A stretch of 64,000 bases of DNA, from the NCBI GenBank assembly GCA_041697335.1, contig JBGUGD010000010.1, positions 28,883 to 92,882 of the forward strand, written 5' to 3'. The position numbers and the translations under genes were made by a program. Below the pieces are notes generated by a model. The model worked only from the letters and a program-made list of their open reading frames with translations, was not told the origin of the DNA and searched no databases. The stretch comes from Vampirovibrionaceae bacterium NZW_1234. Lineage in GTDB: Bacteria > Cyanobacteriota > Vampirovibrionia > Vampirovibrionales > JAGQHJ01. This document shows, in pieces, positions 1-11,826 of the stretch (its first letter is position 1; each line of letters opens with the position of its first letter).

Positions 1-867
1 ATTCGTGATGAACGTGAGGCCTCAGAAGCTTCAGCTGACTGGACCGACACCTATTTAAAGCGGCTTTGCCAAACCTCGGCCTTGCTGACAAAGGAACAGG
101 AGATTGAACTGGCCAAGCGCATTGAGGCGGGTGATATCCGGGCCAAGCATCAATTGATCACGGCCAATCTTCGCCTGGTGGTCAGCATTGCCAAGAAGTA
201 TACAGGGCGTCCGGGATTGTCATTTCTGGATTTGATTCAGGAAGGCAATGTGGGTTTAATCAAGGCCGTGGAAAAGTACAATTGGCGTCTGGGGTTCCGC
301 TTCTCGACCTACGCCACCTGGTGGATCCGCCAAAGTGTCTTGCAGGCGTTTGGGGAGCATGATCGTTCTATTCGTTTGCCAGGACATATCATTGACGCCA
401 TTAGCAAGTTACGTCGAGTGTTGGATGAGGAAAAGGAAGTGCATGGCCGCATTCCGACAGAGGCTGAGCTGGCAGCACGGCTCCAGATGTCGCCGAAAAA
501 GGTCAGTCATCTGCTTCGTATTTCCCAGAAGCCTCTGAGTCTTGAGGCAGAAGTTCCTGGGGCCGATGAGGCGGTTCAAACCTTGTCCGATGTCATTCCT
601 TCCGATGAGCCTGCGGTGGATGAGGCTTTTTGCAAGCGGGATCATCAGCGGGTCTTGCGCGAGGCCATGCGCACGCTCAACCCCAAAGAGCGCGAAATCC
701 TCCAAAAACGCTACGGCATGATCCACCATCCGGAGTCCAACAAAAAGTGGACCCTGGAACAGCTAGGGGCCCAATACGGTGTTACCAGAGAGTGTATTCG
801 TCAAACCGAAAAACGGGCCATTGCGAAATTGCGGACCGCGTTTCTCCTCCAACAGATGGTTGAATGA
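1..867 (+). CDS. RNA polymerase sigma-70 family factor (RpoD-like group 1/2), 5' end outside window
   Basis: Frame is open from base 1. Region 1.2 [20 protein letters not shown], region 2 [33 protein letters not shown], region 4 [15 protein letters not shown]. Confidence 0.95.
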   Translation: MRDEREASEASADWTDTYLKRLCQTSALLTKEQEIELAKRIEAGDIRAKHQLITANLRLVVSIAKKYTGRPGLSFLDLIQEGNVGLIKAVEKYNWRLGFRFSTYATWWIRQSVLQAFGEHDRSIRLPGHIIDAISKLRRVLDEEKEVHGRIPTEAELAARLQMSPKKVSHLLRISQKPLSLEAEVPGADEAVQTLSDVIPSDEPAVDEAFCKRDHQRVLREAMRTLNPKEREILQKRYGMIHHPESNKKWTLEQLGAQYGVTRECIRQTEKRAIAKLRTAFLLQQMVE

Positions 868-955
868 GGGTATAAGACTTGCTATTATCTATGGAATGGA
901 CTATGTTATTATGGTCCATTCTAATCTTTGTCTGTCTGGAGGTTACCTCATCTTT

Positions 956-2125
956 ATGTCCCCCAAGGGTAAAAAGATGCACGATACGGAAGATAATGCA
1001 TCAAATCCGTTTAAAGAGGAATTTGAAAAGCTCCTTAACAAATACGACTACAATTTCAACAAAGGCGATATTGTTAAGGGTACCATCATCAGTGTCGAAG
1101 GCTCTGGTGCAATGGTTGACATTGGCGCCAAGACCGCGGCGTTTTTGCCGTCCAAAGAGATTTCCAATGTGGGGAGCTCTTCGGAAGCCATTAAACCAGG
1201 CGACGAGATGGACTTCTATATCCTGCGTGAAGAAAACGAAGAAGGTCAGCTGACCTTATCCCGCCGCCGTGTCTTTACGGCCCAAAGCTGGAACGATCTC
1301 CAAGCCTTGGTTGACAGCGACGCCGTCATCGAGTGTAACGTCACTTCGGTGGTTAAAGGTGGCCTGTTGATCGATGTTATGGGTCTCCGAGGCTTTGTGC
1401 CTTCAAGTCATCTGCGGGTGAAGTCCTCGCTGGAAGAATTGGTGGGTCAGACCTTGCCCTTCAAAATTCTGAGCCTGGATCAGCAACGTAACAATATTAT
1501 TCTGTCTCACCGCAAGGTGATGGCAGAGCAAATGGCCGAGCAACGCAAAGAACTCTTTGCCGACCTGCAGGTTGCCGATGTCGTGGAAGGTGAAGTCGTT
1601 CGCCTCACCGATTTTGGTGCCTTTATTGACCTGGGCGGTGTAGATGGTCTGTTGCCCCTGTCACAAATGTCCTGGCGCTGGGTGGAGCATCCCTCCGATA
1701 TCCTCAGCATCGGCGAAAAAGTGAAAGTGGAAGTCATCGGCATCGATTATGAAAAGCAACGGGTCAGCCTGAGCATCAAGAGCCAGTTCCCCGATCCGTG
1801 GCTGGAAGTGGTCAAGATTCTGTCCTTGAACGAAAAGGTGGAAGGCACCGTCACCCGGATCAAGCACTTTGGCGCCTTTGTCGAAGTCTATCCCGGTGTG
1901 GAAGCCCTCTTGCCCAGCCGTGACATTACGGAATACCAAAACCACTCTGGCAAGCAGATTAACGTGAGCGACAAAATTGAGACCTACATTGTGAAGTTCA
2001 ACCCTGAAGAACGTCGCATCAGCCTCAGTTTTGAACCGCTGTCGGAAGAAGAAGCAAAAATGGCCCTGGCTCACTCCTCAGGTGGCGATATTCGCCGCAG
2101 TGAAGAGCAGCCGGCGTCTTCCTAG
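956..2125 (+). CDS. rpsA: 30S ribosomal protein S1 (short, four S1 domains)
   Basis: Repeated S1 motifs (VDIGAKTAAFLP, GLRGFVPSSH, DFGAFIDLGGVDGLL, HFGAFVEVYPGVEALL). GGAGG at 938-942. Start is ATG 956 or 977 rather than 779. Confidence 0.93.
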   Translation: MSPKGKKMHDTEDNASNPFKEEFEKLLNKYDYNFNKGDIVKGTIISVEGSGAMVDIGAKTAAFLPSKEISNVGSSSEAIKPGDEMDFYILREENEEGQLTLSRRRVFTAQSWNDLQALVDSDAVIECNVTSVVKGGLLIDVMGLRGFVPSSHLRVKSSLEELVGQTLPFKILSLDQQRNNIILSHRKVMAEQMAEQRKELFADLQVADVVEGEVVRLTDFGAFIDLGGVDGLLPLSQMSWRWVEHPSDILSIGEKVKVEVIGIDYEKQRVSLSIKSQFPDPWLEVVKILSLNEKVEGTVTRIKHFGAFVEVYPGVEALLPSRDITEYQNHSGKQINVSDKIETYIVKFNPEERRISLSFEPLSEEEAKMALAHSSGGDIRRSEEQPASS

Positions 2126-2218
2126 CCTTTCGCCGACGCAATAACGTAATATCCCATGACAACACAGCCTGAACGACGGGCTGTGTTGTTATTTGTGGGG
2201 CGCTTTCTTGGCCTTGAC

Positions 2219-2782
2219 TTACACCCACGGGTTTTGATCGACATAAAAGCGCCACGGATACTCCTGGGCCTGGGAGATGCCAATACGGGTGGTGGTGATG
2301 ATTTGGGCGTCCGGGTAGGTGATGCCGTCGGCCAGGTAGAGTGGCTGGCTTGGATCCGTCAACAAACGTTCATTATGGCGGTCTTTGGTAATATTCAGGG
2401 CTTTGCACAGGCGTCCAGGCCCATGCGTCTTCAACTCTCGGGGAGTCGGGTTATAAACGGGTTCCAGGGCCCGGAACAAGACGGCCCCGGCTGTGCCTGT
2501 CGGTTCGGTCACCACATTCAGGCAATAGTACATGCCGTAGATGAAATACACGTAGGCCAGCCCTGGTTCCTTGTACAGCGTTGCCGCTCGGCCCGTGGTG
2601 CTTTTGTGGGCATGGCATGCCGGATCGTTCTGAGTATACGCTTCTGTCTCTACAATCCGGCAGACAATATGATCGTGGGCATCGGCATCCCACACCATCA
2701 GGTGTTTGCCCAACAGCCTTTTGGCCACCCACAGGGTGTTCTGGGCAAAAAACTCCGGGGACAATGGAAGCAACTGTGTCAT
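2219..2782 (-). CDS. DNA-3-methyladenine glycosylase (AAG/MPG family)
   Basis: RIVETEAY, DPACHA, AYVYFIYGMYYCLNVV, GPGRLCKAL, RIGIS..PWRF motifs. Confidence 0.95.
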   Translation of the reverse strand: MTQLLPLSPEFFAQNTLWVAKRLLGKHLMVWDADAHDHIVCRIVETEAYTQNDPACHAHKSTTGRAATLYKEPGLAYVYFIYGMYYCLNVVTEPTGTAGAVLFRALEPVYNPTPRELKTHGPGRLCKALNITKDRHNERLLTDPSQPLYLADGITYPDAQIITTTRIGISQAQEYPWRFYVDQNPWV

Positions 2783-2872
2783 GAGAAATCCGCCAAGTAG
2801 TCCTCCAACAAGAGGTTATCTTATTTTGGAAGAGGTATGCTATGATGTCCATAGGAGCAAGCTGAATCTGAA

Positions 2873-4195
2873 GTGGTGGAGACGAAGACATTGCATACCC
2901 AGGACAAACTGGTGATTCAAGGATGCCAATCCTTAAAGGGCACAGTCACGATTTCGGGTGCCAAGAATTCTGTGTTAAAGCTGATGGGGGCGGCCCTGCT
3001 CACGGAACATCCCGTAGAGCTGCGCAATGTACCCCAACTCAGTGATGTACGGGTGATGACCGAAGTGCTTCGCCATTTGGGTGCCAAAGTTACCCACCAG
3101 GGCGATGTGATGGTCATTGAGGCCAAAGATGTCACCAATACCGAAGCGTCCTATGAGTTGGTCAGTAAAATGCGGGCCAGCTTTATCGTCTTGGGGGCTT
3201 TGTTAGGCCGTTTCCATGAAGCACGGGTTTCGTTGCCGGGCGGATGCTCTATTGGCAAGCGCGGCGTGGATTTGCATATCAAAGGCTTGCAAGCCCTCGG
3301 GGCTCAGATTGTGATTAACCAGGGCTATGTGGAAGCCACGGCCAGTCGCCTGGAAGGCCGTGAAATCCTGCTCGATACCCCCAGTGTCGGGGCGACTGAA
3401 AACATTATGCTGGCGGCTGTCTTAGCCGAAGGCGCCACGATTATTTCCAATGCGGCCCAGGAACCCGAAATTGCCGATTTGGCCAATTTCCTCAACACCA
3501 TGGGAGCCGATGTGTCCGGGGCCGGAACCACGGAAATTATTATCAACGGGGTTCCCAAGTCCTCCCTCACCGGTACCTCCTACAATGTGGTCCCCGATCG
3601 GATTGAAGCGGCCACCTACATGATTGCGGCGGCTGGAACCCAAGGCAACGTGGTGTTGGAGAACGTGATTCCCGGTCATTTGAATTCCGTCATTCGCAAG
3701 TTGGAAGATGTGGGTGCCCAGGTCATTACCGAAGGTCCCAATACCTTGCGGGTCATTGGCACCGGCAAGATGGAAGCCCAGAATATTGTGACTCAGCCGT
3801 ATCCCGGCTTTCCAACGGATTTGCAGGCCCCGTTTATGTCTCTTCTCACCATTGCCGAGGGCGTCAGCATTATTACCGAAACCTTGTATGAGAACCGCTT
3901 TAAGCAAGTGGGCGAACTCAACCGCATGGGCGCCAACATCCAGTGCCAGAATGAGATTGCCGTGGTTACCGGGGTGCCTCACCTCACCGGAGCCCAAGTC
4001 AAGGCCAGCGATTTGCGGGCCGGTGCCGCTCTGGTTATTGCCGGTCTTCAGGCTCAGGGAACGACGGAAATTACCGACTTACAGCACATTGATCGGGGCT
4101 ACGAGGCTCTGGTTGAAAAGCTGACCGGGCTGGGAGCACAAATCCAGCGGGTTCCCGTGGACGAATCCGAATTACCGCTGTCCTTGGAAGGCTAA
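2873..4195 (+). CDS. murA: UDP-N-acetylglucosamine 1-carboxyvinyltransferase
   Basis: [17 protein letters not shown] (catalytic Cys), [26 protein letters not shown]. Confidence 0.98.
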   Translation: MVETKTLHTQDKLVIQGCQSLKGTVTISGAKNSVLKLMGAALLTEHPVELRNVPQLSDVRVMTEVLRHLGAKVTHQGDVMVIEAKDVTNTEASYELVSKMRASFIVLGALLGRFHEARVSLPGGCSIGKRGVDLHIKGLQALGAQIVINQGYVEATASRLEGREILLDTPSVGATENIMLAAVLAEGATIISNAAQEPEIADLANFLNTMGADVSGAGTTEIIINGVPKSSLTGTSYNVVPDRIEAATYMIAAAGTQGNVVLENVIPGHLNSVIRKLEDVGAQVITEGPNTLRVIGTGKMEAQNIVTQPYPGFPTDLQAPFMSLLTIAEGVSIITETLYENRFKQVGELNRMGANIQCQNEIAVVTGVPHLTGAQVKASDLRAGAALVIAGLQAQGTTEITDLQHIDRGYEALVEKLTGLGAQIQRVPVDESELPLSLEG

Positions 4196-4234
4196 GCCCT
4201 CGAACATTGTGTCAACTGTTAGAATGGACGTTCT

Positions 4235-4600
4235 ATGAGTTCTGAGCAAGACAACCCCAAATATAAACGCTGGTACGATCATGACCCGCTTCTGGTCGAG
4301 GTCCTTGAGACCTTGCGCTCGTTTCAGGATGAGTTGCGGGCTCAATCCCAAGTCTTTATCGATAAGATTACCGCTGAGGTGGGTGCTGAGGCCGTCGAAA
4401 AGTTTTACAAAGCGATTCTCGAGCAGCAAAAAGACCATTTTGGCCGTCGTTGGTATGATCAAGATCCGGTGGTTTCCAAGGCTGTGGAGTTGCTCCGGGT
4501 GGTGCCACCTGAAGCGCAGCGTAAAGCGGCTGAAAGTTTCTTAAACGGGTTGAAATCCCAAGGGGTTTCCATTCCCATCGAGCGCAATCCGGCCTCCTAG
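4235..4600 (+). CDS. Hypothetical protein with duplicated RWYD motif
   Basis: Clean ORF co-oriented after murA. Internal repeat KRWYDHDPLLVEVLETLR / RRWYDQDPVVSKAVELLR. Confidence 0.85.
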   Translation: MSSEQDNPKYKRWYDHDPLLVEVLETLRSFQDELRAQSQVFIDKITAEVGAEAVEKFYKAILEQQKDHFGRRWYDQDPVVSKAVELLRVVPPEAQRKAAESFLNGLKSQGVSIPIERNPAS

Positions 4601-4624
4601 TTAGTATAGGGGCCTTGGTGTTTC

Positions 4625-5002
4625 TTGGATAATCAGGCGTTGTCGGTCAGGGATGCGTTGCGTCGTGCTGCCCAGCAGTTTAACGAGGCACAGTTCTGGG
4701 AATCGCATGAGACTCTGGAAGAGGTTTGGCAAGTCTCGTCAGATCCTCAAAAACGGTTTTTACAAGGCATTATTCAGGCTGCTGCCGGCTTTGTGCATGT
4801 GCAAAAGCACAACCCCAAGGGGGCCATCAGCTTGTTTACCCAAAGTCTGGAGAAACTCACGGCGGTTGAGGATGTTGCCGACTTTCATGCCTGGATTGAC
4901 CTGCATGGGTTGATTGAGGCAGTTCGTCATGCGTTGCATACGGTTCAGGCGCAAGGCACAGGTGGCATAACCCAATTTCCGACATTGATCGTGTATGACT
5001 AA
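4625..5002 (+). CDS. DUF309 family protein
   Basis: FNEAQFWESHETLEEVW...LQGIIQAAAGFVH..N..GA signature. Confidence 0.88.
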   Translation: MDNQALSVRDALRRAAQQFNEAQFWESHETLEEVWQVSSDPQKRFLQGIIQAAAGFVHVQKHNPKGAISLFTQSLEKLTAVEDVADFHAWIDLHGLIEAVRHALHTVQAQGTGGITQFPTLIVYD

Positions 5003-5056
5003 ATGTCTTATCATGGGGCGACCGATTGGGAAGGCGTTTATGGGGAGGCTATCGAG

Positions 5057-6019
5057 ATGACCATGGTTTCACCTGTTGCGGGTCGTCCACTGCTGATTGC
5101 TCATCGGGGGGCTCAGGTTGAGCGAGCTGAGGCTATGGATACCCCGGCAGGACCAGCCTACCGAATTTACCCGGAGAATTCCGTTGCAGCCTTGGTTCGG
5201 GCTGCCGAATTGGGCACGGCCGGGGTGGAACTCGATGTGATTGCCACCCAGGACGGGGTCTTAAAAGTCCATCACGATGATGCCACGGGGCGGGTGTTTC
5301 GGATGCCCGATGGGGCAGAGCGTTTGGTCAAGGATATGACCGCGGCTGAGGCGGATCAGGCTGTCTACCATCCACCGGGAGTGCTTCAGACCATTGCACC
5401 GAAACTGGCGGATATTCCTCAGGCCCAATTGCTCCTGGAGCCTCCTGATCCCGATAATCCACCGGAAGTTCCCCAAAAAGTGCAGATGCCCACGTTGGCG
5501 TCGGTCATTGATGCCGTCTTAAAAGCCAAGCCTGACATGCAGTTTTTTGTGGAACTCAAAACCACCCAGGATCCCCCCTACCCATGTGAGACCAACCAGG
5601 CCGAAGAAAGGCTGGTGGCCTTGGTTCAGCAGAAAAACCTGTTTGACAGGGTGACGGTCATCAGCTTTAATCCCTGGAGTTTGCTGAAACTCAAGCACCT
5701 GGAACCCCGCCTGAAGACCGGCCTGGATCTGGTGGTTCAGCAATATCAGCCCCATATTGGTCTTCAGGGGCTGATGAGCTGGGCCAAACAAGTACTCCAG
5801 GTTGACACTGTTTTGCCGCCTTACAAGGAAGCGACAGCGGCCTTTGTGAGTGCTGCCAAGGCGGTTGGCCTTAAGGTGATGCCTTGGGTCTGGAAGGAAA
5901 CCTGTCATCAGGAGCTTGCCGAAGCCGATCGCCTGTCTGCCCTGGGTGTCGATGGGCTCGTAACCAACGCCCCTCAGCTGATTCAAAGCCACTGGCAATA
6001 CGGCGCAACGCTCCCCTAG
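5057..6019 (+). CDS. Glycerophosphodiester phosphodiesterase family protein
   Basis: IAHRG, PENS, VELDV..TQDG...HHD, FVELK, SFN, GVDGLVTN. Start placed at ATG 5057 after GGAGG (ORF open from 5003). Confidence 0.92.
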   Translation: MTMVSPVAGRPLLIAHRGAQVERAEAMDTPAGPAYRIYPENSVAALVRAAELGTAGVELDVIATQDGVLKVHHDDATGRVFRMPDGAERLVKDMTAAEADQAVYHPPGVLQTIAPKLADIPQAQLLLEPPDPDNPPEVPQKVQMPTLASVIDAVLKAKPDMQFFVELKTTQDPPYPCETNQAEERLVALVQQKNLFDRVTVISFNPWSLLKLKHLEPRLKTGLDLVVQQYQPHIGLQGLMSWAKQVLQVDTVLPPYKEATAAFVSAAKAVGLKVMPWVWKETCHQELAEADRLSALGVDGLVTNAPQLIQSHWQYGATLP

Positions 6020-6351
6020 AGGGTGTGGCTTTACGCGGACTAAATTTCCGATCCAAATTATTGTTTTTATAAATAATGATGAAATAATCGACCTGCAAAC
6101 GCCTTGGCGGTCGGGCTTTAAAATGATTGTATATATATGGATAATATTTAAGAAATAATTAACAATCCGGCAAAGTGCTCTCCAATAAACTCTTTTGAGA
6201 CCTAAAACCCTTGCCAAAAGAGGGGGATAGCCTTCTGAAACGTGTTAAGACAACGTTACAATGGGGCAATTTTTGCCCCCAAACTGTTTTTATTTGTATA
6301 TACAGAAGAAGGATAGAGATAGTAACAACTAGCGTGGAGGACACTTTCACT

Positions 6352-6549
6352 ATGGCAAAAGTCCTGATTTCTATGAAAGAAGAGTTCCTGGATGAAATCG
6401 ATAAGCTCGCGGACAGCGAACACCGCTCCCGCAGCGAATTGATTCGTGAAGCATTGCGCTTGTACATGCGTGCTCGCCAAAAATCGTCCATGGACGCCAA
6501 ACAAGTTTCCAATCAAGCCAAGCTGATTGAATCCTTGTTGCTGGATTAA
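6352..6549 (+). CDS. Ribbon-helix-helix (CopG/NikR-like) DNA-binding protein
   Basis: MAKVLISMKEEFLDEIDKLA..EHRSRSELIREALR is an RHH pattern. GGAGG RBS upstream of ATG 6352. Confidence 0.9.
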   Translation: MAKVLISMKEEFLDEIDKLADSEHRSRSELIREALRLYMRARQKSSMDAKQVSNQAKLIESLLLD

Positions 6550-6629
6550 TCCAACGTTTACTCCGCTTTTGATCAACGGATCCTGCGGATCCCTCTGCCA
6601 CGAGGCCTAACGGTGTTGCCCTGCTTTTG

Positions 6630-7337
6630 TCAGGGGCAGACACATGTGCCTGTTGCTGTGGCTGCGGGGGGTACCGGTGGTGTCTGGAGATTGGGCGACT
6701 GAGCGTTAGGAAAAAACGGCAATGGGAGCCACCCTGAGCCTTTTTGGGCATCCGGGTCGGATGATGGTACACCCAGGTAACTGAATCCATCGGGCAATAG
6801 CGTACTTGCCGGATTGGCTTTTCGATCGAGGACCCGAATCTGGTCTTCGAGCAAATGGATGTCATCATCAATGGCTTTTAATTCTTTTTGCTTTGCGGCA
6901 ATTCGGTTTTTCAGTGCAGCGATGTCTTTTTCCGCTTTCTCCTGTTCCGCCTTGGCTTGCGGATCTGGAAAGAAATAGCCACCGACTGCTTTTGAGACCC
7001 GGTTTCCGGAGTCGACCAGTTTGCCAAATGCATTCCCCGCCCCTTCCAAGGCGGGATATTGGTTGTTGAGGGACTGGCCTGTTTGGGCAAGACGTTCACC
7101 CGTAGAATACATCAGATTGTTCAGTCCGGTCGTGTCGGCAACCCATTGACCGGCATCGGCGATGTGTCTGCCCACCTGATTGGTGGCTTGAATCAGACCT
7201 TTAATCACTGGGACTTCCTCGCCAATTACGGTCGGAAACCCGGTGAATTCGTCTAACAGATAACTGGACCAGCATAAGGTCCCTAAGAGCATACTGCCGA
7301 TAAGCGCAGGTTTAATGATTTGACGATAACGTGACAT
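6630..7337 (-). CDS. Hypothetical protein (N-terminal membrane anchor or signal, coiled coil, Pro-rich tail)
   Basis: Hydrophobic N-terminus ALIGSMLLGTLCW. Heptad segment AEKDIAALKNRIAAKQKELKAIDDDIHLLEDQI. Confidence 0.75.
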   Translation of the reverse strand: MSRYRQIIKPALIGSMLLGTLCWSSYLLDEFTGFPTVIGEEVPVIKGLIQATNQVGRHIADAGQWVADTTGLNNLMYSTGERLAQTGQSLNNQYPALEGAGNAFGKLVDSGNRVSKAVGGYFFPDPQAKAEQEKAEKDIAALKNRIAAKQKELKAIDDDIHLLEDQIRVLDRKANPASTLLPDGFSYLGVPSSDPDAQKGSGWLPLPFFPNAQSPNLQTPPVPPAATATGTCVCP

Positions 7338-7423
7338 CTCTCTGGGTCATCCGGCTCTGCCATGAGTAATCGTGGTGTTACTATCCTATCATAGGGCCAT
7401 TGGCTTCACGAGAGCCGAAACGA

Positions 7424-7461
7424 ACAACGGTGCTGTGACACCTTGTCTTCAGCACCGTTGT
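7424..7461 (-). terminator. Stem-loop downstream of atpC
   Basis: ACAACGGTGCTG (7424-7435) and CAGCACCGTTGT (7450-7461) form an inverted repeat just after the atpC stop. Confidence 0.6.
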
Positions 7462-7483
7462 CGTAGAAAGATAGCAACGAAAT

Positions 7484-7882
7484 TTAGGGTTTGGTTTGCT
7501 TTAACCGAATCCGAGTAAGTGCCCGGGTCATGGCCAATTTGGCTCGGCCTTCATCCACGGTGCTGTTCAGTTGTCTTAAACGGGCTTCAGCACGTTCCTT
7601 GGCCTGTTGAGCTCGGACCAAATCGATTTCAGTCGCCAGCTCAGCGGCATCGGCCAACACGGAGACCTCTTTTCCATTGGTTCTCAGGATGCCTCCCATA
7701 ATGGCAATCTGTTCTTTTTGGCCTTGTTTGACAAAGCGCAGAACATCAATGGCCAAGGGCGTCACCATGGGAATGTGCCGGGGAAGAATCCCCACATCCC
7801 CATCTACGGTCTGGGCGTAAACCGCCTCGACATCCTCGGTCTCCAGGACCACGCGATCGGGGGTAACAACTTTAAGCTTCAC
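7484..7882 (-). CDS. atpC: ATP synthase F1 epsilon subunit
   Basis: LKVVTPDR, GILPRHIP, GG, DLVRAQQAKERAEARL. Directly follows the beta subunit gene. Confidence 0.96.
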   Translation of the reverse strand: MKLKVVTPDRVVLETEDVEAVYAQTVDGDVGILPRHIPMVTPLAIDVLRFVKQGQKEQIAIMGGILRTNGKEVSVLADAAELATEIDLVRAQQAKERAEARLRQLNSTVDEGRAKLAMTRALTRIRLKQTKP

Positions 7883-7893
7883 AGAAGGCCTCC

Positions 7894-9438
<1,545 letters not shown>

Positions 9439-9712
9439 TTATGAGGGATAAGCTTCTTTCCTGCGCGCCTTGGGCCTCGGATCTGCATCTCCCCAGCCCA
9501 TGCGTGGCGAGGGACAAATAAGCCACACAGGCATAATCTGAGGAGTTTAACACCATTGTGTCACATCAAACCGTTTCGTCAACGCCATCAAAAAGGCTCC
9601 AGGGCCTGGGGTTTTCCATAAGGCAGTGTGGCAGACGCTTTCACAGCACTTTTTGTGGTTGTGGTTGTTGGGCACCGCAATGCCCCGGCGCTTATGTGCC
9701 TGTTGGGGGTGG

Positions 9713-9753
9713 CTCAGGCTCCGAGCGCGCACTTTGCGCGCTCGGAGCCTGAG
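9713..9753. repeat. Perfect 19-bp inverted repeat (3-nt spacer)
   Basis: CTCAGGCTCCGAGCGCGCA-CTT-TGCGCGCTCGGAGCCTGAG in the divergent atpD / 9895 intergenic region. Confidence 0.9.
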
Positions 9754-9894
9754 GAGACAGGGGCCTTATGGCACGGGATTCAAATTTCAATAGCAACAAA
9801 ATCATTAACAAAGTTTTAATACATTTACAGGGGACTATCTCATCGTAGTCGCGGGAGACTACGGGGCGGAGGAACGAAGGGGGTATTCGACGAT

Positions 9895-11736
9895 ATGATT
9901 CGAGGGGTATCGACAGGGTATGACAATGAGCAACTTCAACAGGCCTTAGGGGGCCGCTTTCCTCGTGGGACCTTTGTCCCGATGCAAGGGCCCATGGATA
10001 CCGTTGAGATTGGACAATCAGGTCGTCCCAAGCGCAGTTTCAGCTTTATCGGCGCTGCCGTCAACTTTGTGAAAGGCGCGGTGGTCGATACCATTTCCGG
10101 GATGTTCAGCATGAAAGGCCTCTTAACCATGGCCGGATCGGCTGCCTTGATTTGGGCCACCGGCGGCGCGGCATTGATTCCGTTAGCCGCATTGGGGGCC
10201 GGTATGGGAGCGTTCCAGGTTGTGAAGGGATCCTTGAATGCCGCCAGTGCCTTATCCCAAGGGGACGGTGAAGCGGCTGAAAATGCTTTCCGCGGGATTG
10301 GTTCCGGGACTTTCACCGCCGTTGCCAGCTTACTGGGTGCTCGTGCCGCTTATCGTAATGGGGTGGTAAAAACGGGAACCCAGGTCAAGGGTGGTAAAGT
10401 GGAACTGGCCAGCGATGTGGTCAAAGGCGAAGGTTGGTTTGGAGGCTTTAAAGGCACCGTTAAACAGATGTACCGTGATCTCAGTGGCCAGTCCCGAGCC
10501 GTCACTACGAATAAAAGTGGGGCACCCGTATTAGACAATAACAAGAACCTGCTCAATATGGGCTGGGATAGCATGAAGGGCAAGTGGGACAGTCTGACCG
10601 GCACCTTCCAGAAAAACGGATTGCAAGGGGTCAAAGACAATGTCACTCGCATGGTTCGCGGCAAGGATGCGGCTGGAAAAACGAAAGCCAAGCCGGGTGA
10701 ACAGAAGTTATCCAAAGCCGAAGAAAGCTTGCAGCAATCTCGTACGGCCTTACAAGAGAAGCGAGCTCGGGTAGCTGAGCAGGTTCAAAAAGAAACGGCC
10801 GGGAAAAAATCCGGATCGACTACAGAATCGGCAAAAGAGAGCGCAGCCCAGGCTCGCCAAACTGCGGCTCAACGTGCGGTGAAAGAACAGCAACTCAAGG
10901 CGGCTCAGGAACGGGCCAATACGTTAAACCAGAAATACACCGAAGTACGCGGGAAATTGAAGGTTCTTGAATCCAAACGCCAGGCTTTGGCCGAAAATAT
11001 TCGGGCCGCCCAGGTCGAGCGCCAGAACCTGATGGCTCGTCGCAGTGCCGGGGAAAAACTTTCTTCGCAAGATTCTGCCAAGCTCTCTGAATTAAACCGC
11101 TTTGTGGCTGAGAAATCCGGGGAGTTTGCCAAGATGTCCCGTGAGTCGGCCAGTTTGAGTCGTCAACTTTCGGGGGATAAAGCCTCTGGCGGCCAGAAGA
11201 TCGGCATTAACGAAGATCTGCGTCAAGCCCGCCAGACCTTGTCTGAGCGTGAAGCGGCCTTGAAACGGTCTGAGCGTTCACCAATAGAGGTTGAGGTGGA
11301 CAAGCGCCTGGTCAAGGACCTGGAAGCTGTGAAAGCTCAAGAGGCGGCTGTCACGAAAATGCGGCTTGAGATGCGTCGCAAGGATCCGACCACGGTCACC
11401 TTTAAGCGGGAAATGGCTGAACTCAACAAGACACGCCTACCGTTGAAAAAAGAAGTTGCTGAGCTACAAGCCAACATCGATAAACTGAAATACAATCTGG
11501 ATGCCGACTCCCAGTTTGTCCTTCAGCAAATGAACCAGCAATTGGCTCAGCGTCAAGCCCAGTTGTCGGTCTTGAATGAAAATATGGCCTCCATTGTCAA
11601 CAATGCCCGGGCATCCTTTAATCCCAGCATGATGCGCTCAACCCGTTTCTGGCTCAACGGCCAGCTACAAACCGGCGGCATGCAGATCTACTTGACCCGA
11701 GCCAACCAGGCCGGTAATACGGATGATGACATGTAG
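9895..11736 (+). CDS. Hypothetical protein: Gly/Ala-rich hydrophobic hairpin region plus long coiled coil
   Basis: 613-aa ORF. LLTMAGSAALIWATGGAALIPLAALGAGMGAF hydrophobic segment. About 300 aa of K/E/Q/R-rich heptads. Confidence 0.85.
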   Translation: MIRGVSTGYDNEQLQQALGGRFPRGTFVPMQGPMDTVEIGQSGRPKRSFSFIGAAVNFVKGAVVDTISGMFSMKGLLTMAGSAALIWATGGAALIPLAALGAGMGAFQVVKGSLNAASALSQGDGEAAENAFRGIGSGTFTAVASLLGARAAYRNGVVKTGTQVKGGKVELASDVVKGEGWFGGFKGTVKQMYRDLSGQSRAVTTNKSGAPVLDNNKNLLNMGWDSMKGKWDSLTGTFQKNGLQGVKDNVTRMVRGKDAAGKTKAKPGEQKLSKAEESLQQSRTALQEKRARVAEQVQKETAGKKSGSTTESAKESAAQARQTAAQRAVKEQQLKAAQERANTLNQKYTEVRGKLKVLESKRQALAENIRAAQVERQNLMARRSAGEKLSSQDSAKLSELNRFVAEKSGEFAKMSRESASLSRQLSGDKASGGQKIGINEDLRQARQTLSEREAALKRSERSPIEVEVDKRLVKDLEAVKAQEAAVTKMRLEMRRKDPTTVTFKREMAELNKTRLPLKKEVAELQANIDKLKYNLDADSQFVLQQMNQQLAQRQAQLSVLNENMASIVNNARASFNPSMMRSTRFWLNGQLQTGGMQIYLTRANQAGNTDDDM

Positions 11737-11787
11737 TCAACAGCATTGACACTCGACGTCTAACACTGGTTAGAATTGAGCGTTAGC

Positions 11788-11819
11788 AAAGGGATCTGCC
11801 ACTTTTGGCAGGTCCCTTT
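11788..11819. terminator. Bidirectional intrinsic terminator
   Basis: AAAGGGATCTGCCA-CTTT-TGGCAGGTCCCTTT between the convergent 9895 gene and leuD. Confidence 0.8.
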
Positions 11820-11826
11820 AGGGGTT

